A stretch of DNA of 64,000 nucleotides, from the NCBI GenBank assembly GCA_001662655.1, contig KV460209.1; one strand, 5' to 3'. The translations under genes were made by a program, and so were the position numbers. Source of the DNA: Pseudogymnoascus verrucosus (taxonomy: Eukaryota). The notes beneath the pieces were generated by a model. That model searched no databases and had not been told where the DNA came from. It saw only the letters and a program-made list of their open reading frames with translations. This document shows positions 46,144-56,015 of this stretch, in pieces. Each line of letters starts with the position of its first letter. Positions within the stretch are counted from its first letter, which is position 1.

Positions 46144-46215
46144 GATGAACTGGGCTTCGTTCACATAAATCACATCATCGATGAACTGGGCTTCGTTCAC
46201 ATAAATCACATCATC
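46144..46215. repeat. Perfect 36-bp tandem duplication
   Basis: GATGAACTGGGCTTCGTTCACATAAATCACATCATC x2. Confidence 0.9.
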
Positions 46216-47184
46216 AATGAACGGACCCCGAAGATAGCACTAGAGACCTGCGACCGTTGCAAGCGCAGGGAGCAGAAGCACTCATGGTTGAAAGACAAGT
46301 TGGCTAGCCACTCTCGACGGCTCTGGATCAAGGCCTCACAGCATACCCCTTGCGAGATATGCTAAAATTACCAAGTGGAAGAAGAACAGCCACTCAAGAT
46401 CATCCCGCTACCTTAGGTCAATATCAATGAGGTCAGGTAGCGGAAGCACAAGTACTAACGATTATGTTTCAAGTTACCAACCATTCAGGCAGCTCTGCCT
46501 ACAGAGATTAAACGAGTTCGGCGACGTACACATAATGCCGGTTCCACCGAGCACCGTGCTTAACACGTCTGACCCAAACTACCAAGCGAAGCTCACGATG
46601 GACCGCCAACATCGTCGACGTCGCCTCCGACTTATCCTCTCCTTTCCACTTCCTGACGAACAGCGACTCCTACGCGGACAACGCTGACCTGTGGAGCGCC
46701 CATTGGTGGGCCCATGCCCAAGTACTGGAGCGTCTGGTCCTGCGAGTCGAACTTCTCGCTGCATCTGTACAAGACGGCTGTGCACCGCGTGGATGTACGG
46801 ACAAAACACGGGTAGGACGTCGCAAGCTGGCGAGGGAGTGGAGAGTCGAGACAGGTTGGGAGAACCAAAGCAGCCCGGAATGTTATTGTGTCAGGCAACG
46901 AATAAGCCGCGGAGGAGTATGCTTTAACCATCCCTTAAATAAGAGCTTCGTGCTTAACTTGATATAGTATTTGTTATACCGCAGACTATAATGCATACAC
47001 TTAAAAAGCCTTTTATGCCTAATCCCTTGCCTTACCAGTTAACCCTTTACATACGGAAGCCATCTTCAGAATGCTTAGGGCTATTCCTTTTAAGACCATC
47101 AATAGACCCTAACAGTCCTCGTTGATCTTTGTCGTAAAAATCCGACTTTATTACTACGGTGTGGCTCGTTTAGAATGTCATGCC

Positions 47185-48704
47185 TTAGCATTGACAGAGC
47201 TTATCCATCCGATACTCAAAAACAAAGTATCCGTGGTTTATACTGTCGCAGGCTCCGAGGCGCACGGTTACTTTCTTGGTTTCTGCAGGCCATATTAGAA
47301 CATCTAGCGATCATATTCGATTCCAGTTTCACCACTCACCTTTAGGAATTCGGAATGAACCCCAGAATCCAGCATTAGAGATACTCTTCAAGGCCCCGGC
47401 GTCATAACGGCCAACATCAACAGTGGAGGCGATATGTTTCGTATTATATTTATCATCGCCGAGGCTCAGTGGGCCATGCGTCTTACCAACCTCTTTACCA
47501 TCTGCGAGAACCGTATACTGTTCTGTGGTGACCCAAGTATCTGCAATGGTGAAAACAAGATCGAAGTCGTAACCGCTGACGTCAATATCTTGATCCCGAG
47601 CAGTTGTGTACAGTGGCTTCCCTTCATTCCAGGCTGCTACTTCTTCGCCTATGCAGGGTGTATCTGCTGAACAGGCTCCAAAGAACTGGATTTGAGCTCC
47701 TTTGGGGGATTTGTAGTACACATCATCCGCCGATGTTCCTGTGACCACTAGTTAGACTTTTCTTCAATCTTTGGTATCAAAACTTGCCAGCAGGAATCAA
47801 ATAGCTTGTCCCGGACGCTTGTGGCTGGAGCTTCTGATCCTTGACATAAATACTTAGATCATCATCGGGCCACCCCACTACCCACGTGTCAAAGGGATAC
47901 TTGTAGTTCACCACGGGTACGTTTGGATTGGGTAAGACCTTGTGATCAGAGCCTGTTGCCGGTAGGTTTTTTCGAACTTTGTTGTTCTCCAAGGGAAGCC
48001 ATTTACACGGCGAGTTGTCCCGCGGACACTTCCAGTTAGGAATCGGGTCAGGGTTTGGTGTAGGCTTGCCACAGCCATTCTTAATGATGACCTCGATAAG
48101 GTTGATATTTCCGTTGAGAACGGTGAGGTAGTACTCGATGAACACGTCCAAGGCTACCTGGTCGTGAGGGAAACAGCGCACCAGAGTTTCCCGAAGAAGG
48201 CTTTCTAGCCCGGCGTCCTTGAGATGAGTCCCACAGGTTCCAGGGAGTGGAATAGGGACTACACAGTTTCAGCGCCCATTGCAATGCTGGTCACCATCAG
48301 ATGTGTCTGTACTCACTTTGGTCACCCTTCCCTCCGGGTTGCACGCAAGAGTCCTGCTTTAAATCTTGCCCTCGAGGACAGCAGATCCACTGACCTGTCT
48401 TGGGATCCTTGTGTAAAGTATTCAGATCCTGGTCAGGGTTGCAGATGTCGGAAGTCTGGACAGTGGCACATTTCCATTTTCCATCTTCTTGCTGAGGGAC
48501 TTGACCTATAGATTTGTGAACATTTGTCTACAAATAGATGGACTGCCAAGCATACCTCTTTGCTTGCAGAGCTCTAACTGTAGCGAGTCAGTATAACCGA
48601 GTACGTATTCAAGTGTGACCACTCACTATTTGCTTAGGTGGAGAGTCAGACGCGAATGCGAAGGGAAGGAAGGCCAAAAGGCTAATGGCGCTGAAGTATT
48701 GCAT
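47185..48704 (-). CDS. Secreted cysteine-containing protein of unknown function; about 6 exons including a GC-AG intron
   Basis: Signal peptide MQYFSAISLLAFLPFAFA. Exons splice in frame through WKCATVQ..ICNP..WICCPRGQ, ORF 47777-48181 and ORF 47329-47748 to a last exon ending MDKLCQC*. Confidence 0.75.
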
Positions 48705-49496
48705 GACTGCTGTGTCCTTTTCTCTTGCTCTTGATACTGGGATTCGAATGTTGCTGTTTCTCACCTTCCTTCAGGCAGTATCTGAGCTCTATTTATATTT
48801 GTTCATACTTGATCACGATGGCATTCCCCGTGGTCCCAAGACATAGTTAATGCTCAGATTCCTAGAATCACTGGAGCGGAATTAACATTTTTATTCATGA
48901 CGATAATCTGATGTCAAAGTCGGCCTATAACACCTGAGATCACCATTTCAGCTAATGTACTAGCTGGAATGACAACTTTACACGACATACGGGACAAGGA
49001 TTAGTTGGTAATGTGTAGGGCTGCGGAATAAGCCGCGGTCTAGCCTGCCTGCCGTCAATTAATTAGTCGATATGCAAACTTTAATCTCACCACAGAGCTT
49101 TGCATTGCTTCTATTAAGACGAAGCGGAGATTTCAGCAAAAGGAACTTCCCAAGAATATGAGGCTATAGATGACGCAAAAATAATATAATGTTAACTACA
49201 TTTTAGGAACTTCGTCATTGCATTTTACTGTTTCCAACATTCTTAGCTAACTGCAATCAGGTGGGAATTAACAGAACGGCAAATTCCATTAACAAAAGTT
49301 TTCGACGTAGACGTCAATTACGGCATTTATTTTGCTACAGATCTATCTTATGCCCCAGAGAAACCCCTTATACGTAAGAATGTATTTTTGCATATAAAAT
49401 GGAGGAGAGAGGCACTTATGCTCTATGTAACTAGTCTCCGTAAAACTTTTAAAACCGACGCAACGTAAGACACAAGGGGTCCATAGCTTACATTAG

Positions 49497-49667
49497 ATCC
49501 ATCGACCCGTCGATCGGTCGATTTGCCAGCTAGATTGGGCAGTTTCTAGGTAGTTGGATGCATCAACCCATCGATCCGTCGGTCGCTAGTTGGATCGGGC
49601 GGGTATTAAGTACAAGATCTATCGATCGACTCGTCGATCCATCGGGTCGCTAGTTAAATTAGGCGAG
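49497..49667. repeat. Three diverged approx. 60-bp GATC/TCGA-rich tandem units
   Basis: GATCCATCGACCCGTCGATC..., GATGCATCAACCCATCGATCC... and GATCTATCGATCGACTCGTCGATCC..., each followed by GC(C/T)AG(C/T)T....(C/T).GGC. Confidence 0.55.
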
Positions 49668-49701
49668 TTTGCTTGTGCTCCTTGCTAAGTTGGGACATAA
49701 C

Positions 49702-51904
49702 TGTTCCGGCCCAACCGTGAGCGGGCCGGCCTAACCACGAGTTTTGAAGCTCACGGTTGGGCCAGCCCAACCGTGAGCCCAACCCAACCCAACGTAGTAG
49801 TGTAGAATAGTATCGTAGAAAATTCAAATCTATAACCTACAACCTACAACTATAGCAATTATGGCTACTATTGCTTCGATCAATCCATTTCCACATGATG
49901 TGCGCACTGCTTTTAAGGTCTATATGAGTAGTACTACCTACTATAACCGTAAGTAATTTATACACGAAAAATGGCACTGCATGCACATAATACTTAATAA
50001 TCCTACTACCTACATACTATATAATAAAGAGAGCTTAAACCTTAAGATATGCACACTCTCTAGCTTTATGCTTATTAATAATAAGCTATATAAGCAAGGT
50101 GATATATAGCATCTATACCCTAGAATTATAGTTCTAAAAGAAGAGGTGTTTAATATTATTATATAAGAACACCTTAAGCTTCTACATGTAAGCTAGAATA
50201 AGGTATAGCCTACTATTAAGTAATAATACTATAGAATAAAGTAAGAAGATGTTAAGTTTATACTTAAACAGTATAAGAATTATATACTAAATCAACTAAA
50301 TATAACTAAGGCTCCCTTAGTCCTTATTATAAGTAGGCAAGCGTAAGAGAGGGTTTAAATTAACCTAATTAATATATACTATAAGCTATTAGGGTAGTAT
50401 AAATGGATTCTTTATATAAAGGATTATTTCTTAAAATATATATAGCTATACCTATTAAAAAGCAAGCACGTAGAGCCTATTTTAGACTGCTTTACTTAAT
50501 TTATTACTACATTCTTACCTCCTAAGATTATGTAAGCTAATAACAGAAAGGAATTTAAGGGGGCTCTCTTACTCTTACTATAGAAGTATAGAATATAGGT
50601 AGTAAATAGAGCACTATAATTACTATAAACGCAAGGCCTAGTTAAGTAAGTAAATGAAGTTGTTAAGAATAAGCTCTAGGCATAGAAAATGGATCATAGG
50701 TCTATAGAATGGAAGAATGAGCTACTTAAAGTAGTGCTTGCTATGAACACCTAAATCCACTCTACAATTAGGTGTGCGCTAGCTAAGCTTCTATTCTAAG
50801 AGCAGAGCTCATATATTAACTAGCTCAACAGTTAGGCCTAGAAGGATTTGTCAATTGGAATTAAGTAGGAAGACCCAACCATGGGCCCGATATTTGAGAG
50901 TGATCTTGAGCCCGAAGCTCTAATTGACCCACAGCTCCGCTAGGCGCTAGAGCTCTCAATTGAGCTTAGAATTAGGAGCTCCCACTCTAAGCCAGAACTC
51001 GGAATTGAGCTCGAAATTGAGAGCTTACACTCTAAGCTAGAAATCGGAATTGAGCTTGCAATTGAGAGCTCACACTCTAAGCCAGAAATCGGAATTGAGC
51101 TCGCAATTGAGAGCTCACACTCTAAGCCAGAAATCAGAATTGAGCTCGCAATTAAGAGCTTACACTCTAAGCTAGAAATCGGAATTGAGCTTCAGCGTGG
51201 GACCTAGGCTCAAGTTCTAGCTCAGCTTAGAACTGAGCTTCAGCTTATACTAGATCCTATAATTGAGAGAGCTATAGTAGCTACTTAACGAGCAAGGATT
51301 TCTATAGTGTAGAAGTATACAAAGAAGCATGATATTTAGCACTTTAATATAGGAGCAATAGTCTCTATAAAGGTTCCTTAAGAGGATAGAACCTTAACTG
51401 ATCATAAGAGGTTATATGCACGCATTCTAGAAGAGCCTTACCCTCATAGGTATTGCATTCTTACACCTTTAGGTGTTATATAACGCCTTATACCTACAAA
51501 ATCACTTAGAGCTATATAGAGCAAGCTCTATAGTCTAATATCATTATTCCTACTTCTATAAAGCAAGTAACACTAGGGCTTGCAGCTAGAGAGGCTTCTA
51601 TAAGCGTACGGGTTAGAATATGGTGTCAATGTAAGGGGCAGTGTAGTACAAAGCGGTGCTAGTGCTATAAGGAAGCAAAGGAGTGTAGTGTACACTGTCA
51701 TAATGATGATTATGATTGTGGCAACTTATTAGGCCTAGCTATTCGTATAGAAATAGCTCTAGTTGAGAGGCTAAAGCAGAAGCGGGCACGAGCAGACACA
51801 GTAGGTAATAGTATATAGCTATATATCAATTAACTACTCTACTCTTACTTTTGGTTGGGCCGGCCAGCTCATGAGCATGAATAACTCACGGTTGGGCCGG
51901 AACA
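49702..51904 (+). mobile_element. Ginger2/TDD-like DNA transposon (retroviral-type integrase with TIRs), RIP-inactivated
   Basis: Perfect 20-bp TIR TGTTCCGGCCCAACCGTGAG / CTCACGGTTGGGCCGGAACA and 4-bp TSD TAAC (49698-49701, 51905-51908). Relic ORF from 49861 shows EHLKLLH, an rve-like core (..KEFKG, TQGLV) and a C-terminal CQCKGQCSTKRC.CYKEAKECSVHCH. No RT, gag or LTR. Confidence 0.88.
50962..51186 (+). repeat. 45-bp tandem repeat x5 inside the integrase reading frame
   Basis: Unit GAGCTCGCAATTGAGAGCTCACACTCTAAGCCAGAAATCGGAATT (15 codons). Confidence 0.9.
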
Positions 51905-52334
51905 TAACGTTTAACTATCGTCGTTAGTTGCATTTTAGTGACAACAAAGAAGGTTGGCTCTGCTGGCATAACAGCGTAACTAATACCTTTGAAAGTGAGA
52001 TAGTATAGATCACAGTTAAAATCAGAATCGTTACCCAAATTAGCAAAAATATCAAAAATCCTTCTCCAGACGATGGTGAAGTGTATTATTAGTATGCCAG
52101 GGTTTCATCTTAAGCTCTTGTATTATAAAGTCTGCTATTAGATGCCTAGTGATATATTGTGCGTAACTATACAGAGCGAAAAAATAATAATTGATGGGAG
52201 TGATTGGTCTGGACCCCGACTGCCAGTATTGCGGAATATAATTTGATTATCCCCCTATCCCCGTGAATCATGTCGCGTTGACCCAAAGCATATGACGACG
52301 ATTATCTCAACTATCCAGATACCTAAAATCGCAA

Positions 52335-52700
52335 TCAAACAGCACAGCCTGGCCCTGAGTAAGTCGGAACCTCTGTACACAACGTGCCTACTCCACCATA
52401 GGGGTTATCACAGAGGGTATTGCAAACGGTATTCTCGGGCGTGAACACGAGGAAGCCATAGTTGGGCATCGTTAGGCGGAACTGTTTGTTGACATTGTTG
52501 TTTTCTTTAGACGCCTTATAGCCGGCGCGGCAGGCGCAGTGGAAATGAGCACCAGTATTGATGCACGAGGTGGTTGGGTCACAGTGGTTCAGACCCGAGA
52601 CAGGGTTGCAGGTTCCGCAGACAGGGTTGGTGGGATTAGAGGTGACTAGAGTGACGGCTGAAGTGAGGAAAAGGGCGATAGTGATGAAGTTGTTCCACAT
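52335..52700 (-). CDS. Small secreted cysteine-rich protein (121 aa, 10 Cys, EGF-like spacing)
   Basis: Signal peptide MWNNFITIALFLTSAVTLVTS, the segment CDPTTSCINTGAHFHCACRAGY, and a TATA-like element upstream. Confidence 0.85.
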   Translation of the reverse strand: MWNNFITIALFLTSAVTLVTSNPTNPVCGTCNPVSGLNHCDPTTSCINTGAHFHCACRAGYKASKENNNVNKQFRLTMPNYGFLVFTPENTVCNTLCDNPYGGVGTLCTEVPTYSGPGCAV

Positions 52701-53560
52701 TTTAGTTAGGAGCTTATGTGCTTGAATGTTTTGTGTGGGATAGTGATATAGTGCTGTAGAAGGACTTGTTTGTTATGTAGAATATTGCTTCTCTAATGAA
52801 TAATTAATCTACATGATGGCCTTTATATACGTTTTTTCTTAGCTAGGGAAAGTCTATATAATGAGGTAGTGATATCACTCAACGTCAGTTGCAGCCGTTT
52901 TTATGTAATGGCACACAGCAGTTCCGAGCTGGCGGGGGAGAGCAACACTACTAAAACCAATGATCAAGCTCTGCATGATTATCGTTCGGGTTCCCCGTGG
53001 ATCGCGAACGGTAGCAGCAATGATAGACATACCGAATTCCTAGAGCGAGTGCTCTATATCCTTGGTAACGTCATTGCGGATGGATCTATCGATCCCTTTC
53101 ATATGCCATTCTATATTTGGTTCCGAAACTGATCCGAAAAACTCAGAACTATCGACGAGTCACTTTTCGAACACCAAGCTATGCAGTACGTATATTTAGA
53201 TGCAGATAGCGCAGTAGCTAAACCTACAGCCTTCTTACACAATTATGCGATCGTATGAGAGCAGATACTCTCTTCCTGTCCCGCTGGGACAGATTCAACC
53301 TCAATAGCGACAACCATTCTTCTTACGTGTTACAAACCCCTCATATCCCTTCTACACTCCCCTCAACTTATAATACCGTTTGCACCTGTGTGACTAGATT
53401 ATAACTCCCTTTACATCTACCTTCCACTAACTATGTCTCCAGATGGCATGAATTTACCCACCACAGCTGATTGTCAGCGCCATCAATGAGCTAGATGTTA
53501 CTGTCATCGATGATTTTACTTTCGACGTAGCTAGTTCTATAGGATGGTGCATATCATTAG

Positions 53561-53799
53561 CGGCATAAGTGAGAGCTAGATCATCGAGAATCTTGATGAT
53601 CCGGCTCTCGCTTATGCCGGGACTTTGTGATGTCAGTTGTAGTCTGTCCCAAATCGAGATTGAATCTGGGTTGCATAAGCGAGAGCCGGATCATCAAGAT
53701 TCTCGATGATCTTGTATCTCGATGATCTGGCTCTCACCTATGCAACCCCGATTCAATCTCGATTTGGGACGGACTACAACTGACACATCACAAGTCCCG
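53561..53799. repeat. Nested inverted repeats (compound palindrome)
   Basis: 29-bp arms 53561-53589/53591-53619; perfect 40-bp arms 53578-53617/53673-53712; approx. 78-bp arms 53618-53695/53721-53799. Confidence 0.9.
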
Positions 53800-53970
53800 A
53801 AGCAACAATGGCTGCATTCACTCGCCGCTTCGAAACATGTTATTGTTTCCTTAAATCGTCTATCTAGATACAAACAATACCCAGCTGTCACAAGCCACGT
53901 CAGTCGCCACTGCATTTTGCGAACCTTTGTACCATGTCCAATCGTCGAACTCTCGGCTCAGCAGGCTCAC

Positions 53971-54224
53971 TGTAACGGCGTAGGCCCAGGGTCACACGGG
54001 AGTTCAGGGAACCAGATCAGAAGGCAGGTAGGTGAGGTTATATAGCGTAACAATAGGTCTACCTGAATACAGCGGCTATTGACTGGAGGCCTCAGTCCTA
54101 CGCCTCCAGTCCCTTTTATGTTGGGGCTCCTGCTTTTACCGAGCCCTACCGTGTCCTGCACGTGGGGGCGTCCCCACGTGACGCCCCTTTACACTCACCT
54201 TGCTCTGTCCCTTTCCCCGTAACA
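53971..54224. mobile_element. Probable solo LTR, not RIP-damaged
   Basis: 254 bp bounded by TGTAACGG...CCGTAACA with an internal TATA-like TTATATAG. The flanking 5-mers do not match. Confidence 0.5.
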
Positions 54225-54785
54225 GTACCGGACAAGTAACGTTAAGGGAACATGCCATTGATCGACCATACAATACAGATCCTGACTTTCGCACACGGTA
54301 GTGTAAAATCAATTTAACCTCCGAACCTACGAGATCTCGTCAGCCTTATCTGCTCGTCGTATTCGACTTTTTATCTCCTTCTAGATCCGGAAATTCTAGC
54401 ATGCTCTCGTCACTTCTGTCGTCGCTCCCTTTCCATCATGGTTATTATACGATGCATTACCCAAGTATTCACGGTATAGCACAGTCAGCACGGACTATTG
54501 CCTACGGCCACGGCCAGGGCGATACCGTGCGTGCGTCGTGGTTTCACAGTTTGACGTGCCGTACGTGCAGGATACTCGATGATGGCTGGCTCTACTGGTA
54601 AGCTGCTCCACTTTTGATTATCTCCTTGATTATCTCTCAACCCCTTCTTATATATCATTTGTTCTTATACGACGCTCCCTCCGTACTATATAACTCCTCC
54701 TTACTTTCCCTAACTCCCTCCATTTCCTCCTCGCATACACCTTTTTTCATACCCCTCCTACTCCCTCTCATCTTCCCCGTCCTCC

Positions 54786-55577
54786 TCATAAAGCCCCCCT
54801 ATACAACTTCTTCCTACTAATAACCTGCTCCGCCCCCTCCGTAACCAACCCGGCCACCGTCTCTCCCGCCTGTACCCTCCTCCTCACCTCACTGGGGCTT
54901 ACCTCCCCTCCCTCACCCCGCAACACCTCTAACCCCTCCACCCATTCTCCCCTGGCCCCATTCCTCTCCAACCACCCCCCCTCCCCTCCTCCTCTGCTCC
55001 CCCTCCTCCTCGTCACCCCCAGCGCGCAAGTGGACCCTCACACTCCCCTCAAACAGCGGTCCTAATATGGGAAGAGTGGGGGGGTCGTAGTAATGCACCT
55101 CTAGCAGCCGTTTAAGCGTATCGAAGCTGAGGATGAAGACTTTCTTCGCGCTGAAATATGTCGATTCTTCAGCGATAACGCGGGCTTTGTCGATGAAGAG
55201 CGCGTGAGGCGTGAGAGCGATATCCACGCCCTCCGCGGCGCGCAGCTCATTCTCCGCCGCCCCCTCTTTCCCCTCCGTCGCGACCGACCCCACGCCCCGG
55301 TCCCCCACCACATCCCCTGCCAACACCCTTCATCATCGTCACCCTATCCTCCCTCTCGGCTTCGACATCGGGTTTATCAGCGTTCTTCGTTGCTAATAAC
55401 AGCACCACGCGCCGCGGATGTAGATACCGCACTTTAAATTCCGAGAAAAGTGCTGAGCGCGCTAGGTGCAGATGTGCGGTTGTGGGGGGGGTTGAAGGAG
55501 GAGTCGGGGATGAAGAGGGTTTTTGGCTTTGGGGGAGTAGGTGTGAGGATTTGAAGCGGGGGAGGGGAGGTGGGCAT
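54786..55577 (-). pseudogene. POF1-like cytidylyltransferase/NMN adenylyltransferase split by three frameshifts
   Basis: DSSFNPP|TTAHLHLA, LLLATKNADK, R..MM, LFIDKA, FDTLKRL and VSPSEVRR fall in four successive reading segments. Confidence 0.7.
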
Positions 55578-56015
55578 TGTTTGGTGTGTGTGATGGCGGT
55601 GGTGGGGTGTATATATTGTGCTGTGAATAGAAGAGTGGGTTAGAGATGGAGAAGCGAGAAGGCGGCTGCGAAAGTAAGGGATGCGATGTGATACTCGAGA
55701 CGCCATGAGCATGATGGTGTGAGTGCTGTTCCCCGACGGCTCGGTGGGATGATCCCGGTGTGACGTTGGTGGTTCGGGGACCGAGGGGCGGAACCTGGGC
55801 CCTGGGCCCGTTATTTTAGCGGCCGGCGTGGCGGGTTTGGGGCGATGTCTGGAGTTTGTAGGTGGATGGACAGTGGTATGAATAAATGGTATTAATGAGA
55901 GAATTGTAAAGGAAATTATAACATTTCTAGAGTTTCAGGAAATAAGTATTTTTCTACAACTTTAGTCCAAAATAAACTTGTTTCATGCGCCAACATATCC
56001 ATAGTGTCATTTATA

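Noticed and set aside
49476..52217. GGGGTCCA / TGGACCCC as TIRs of an element enclosing the Ginger copy
   Set aside because: Only 8 bp match and there is no TSD, which is compatible with chance.
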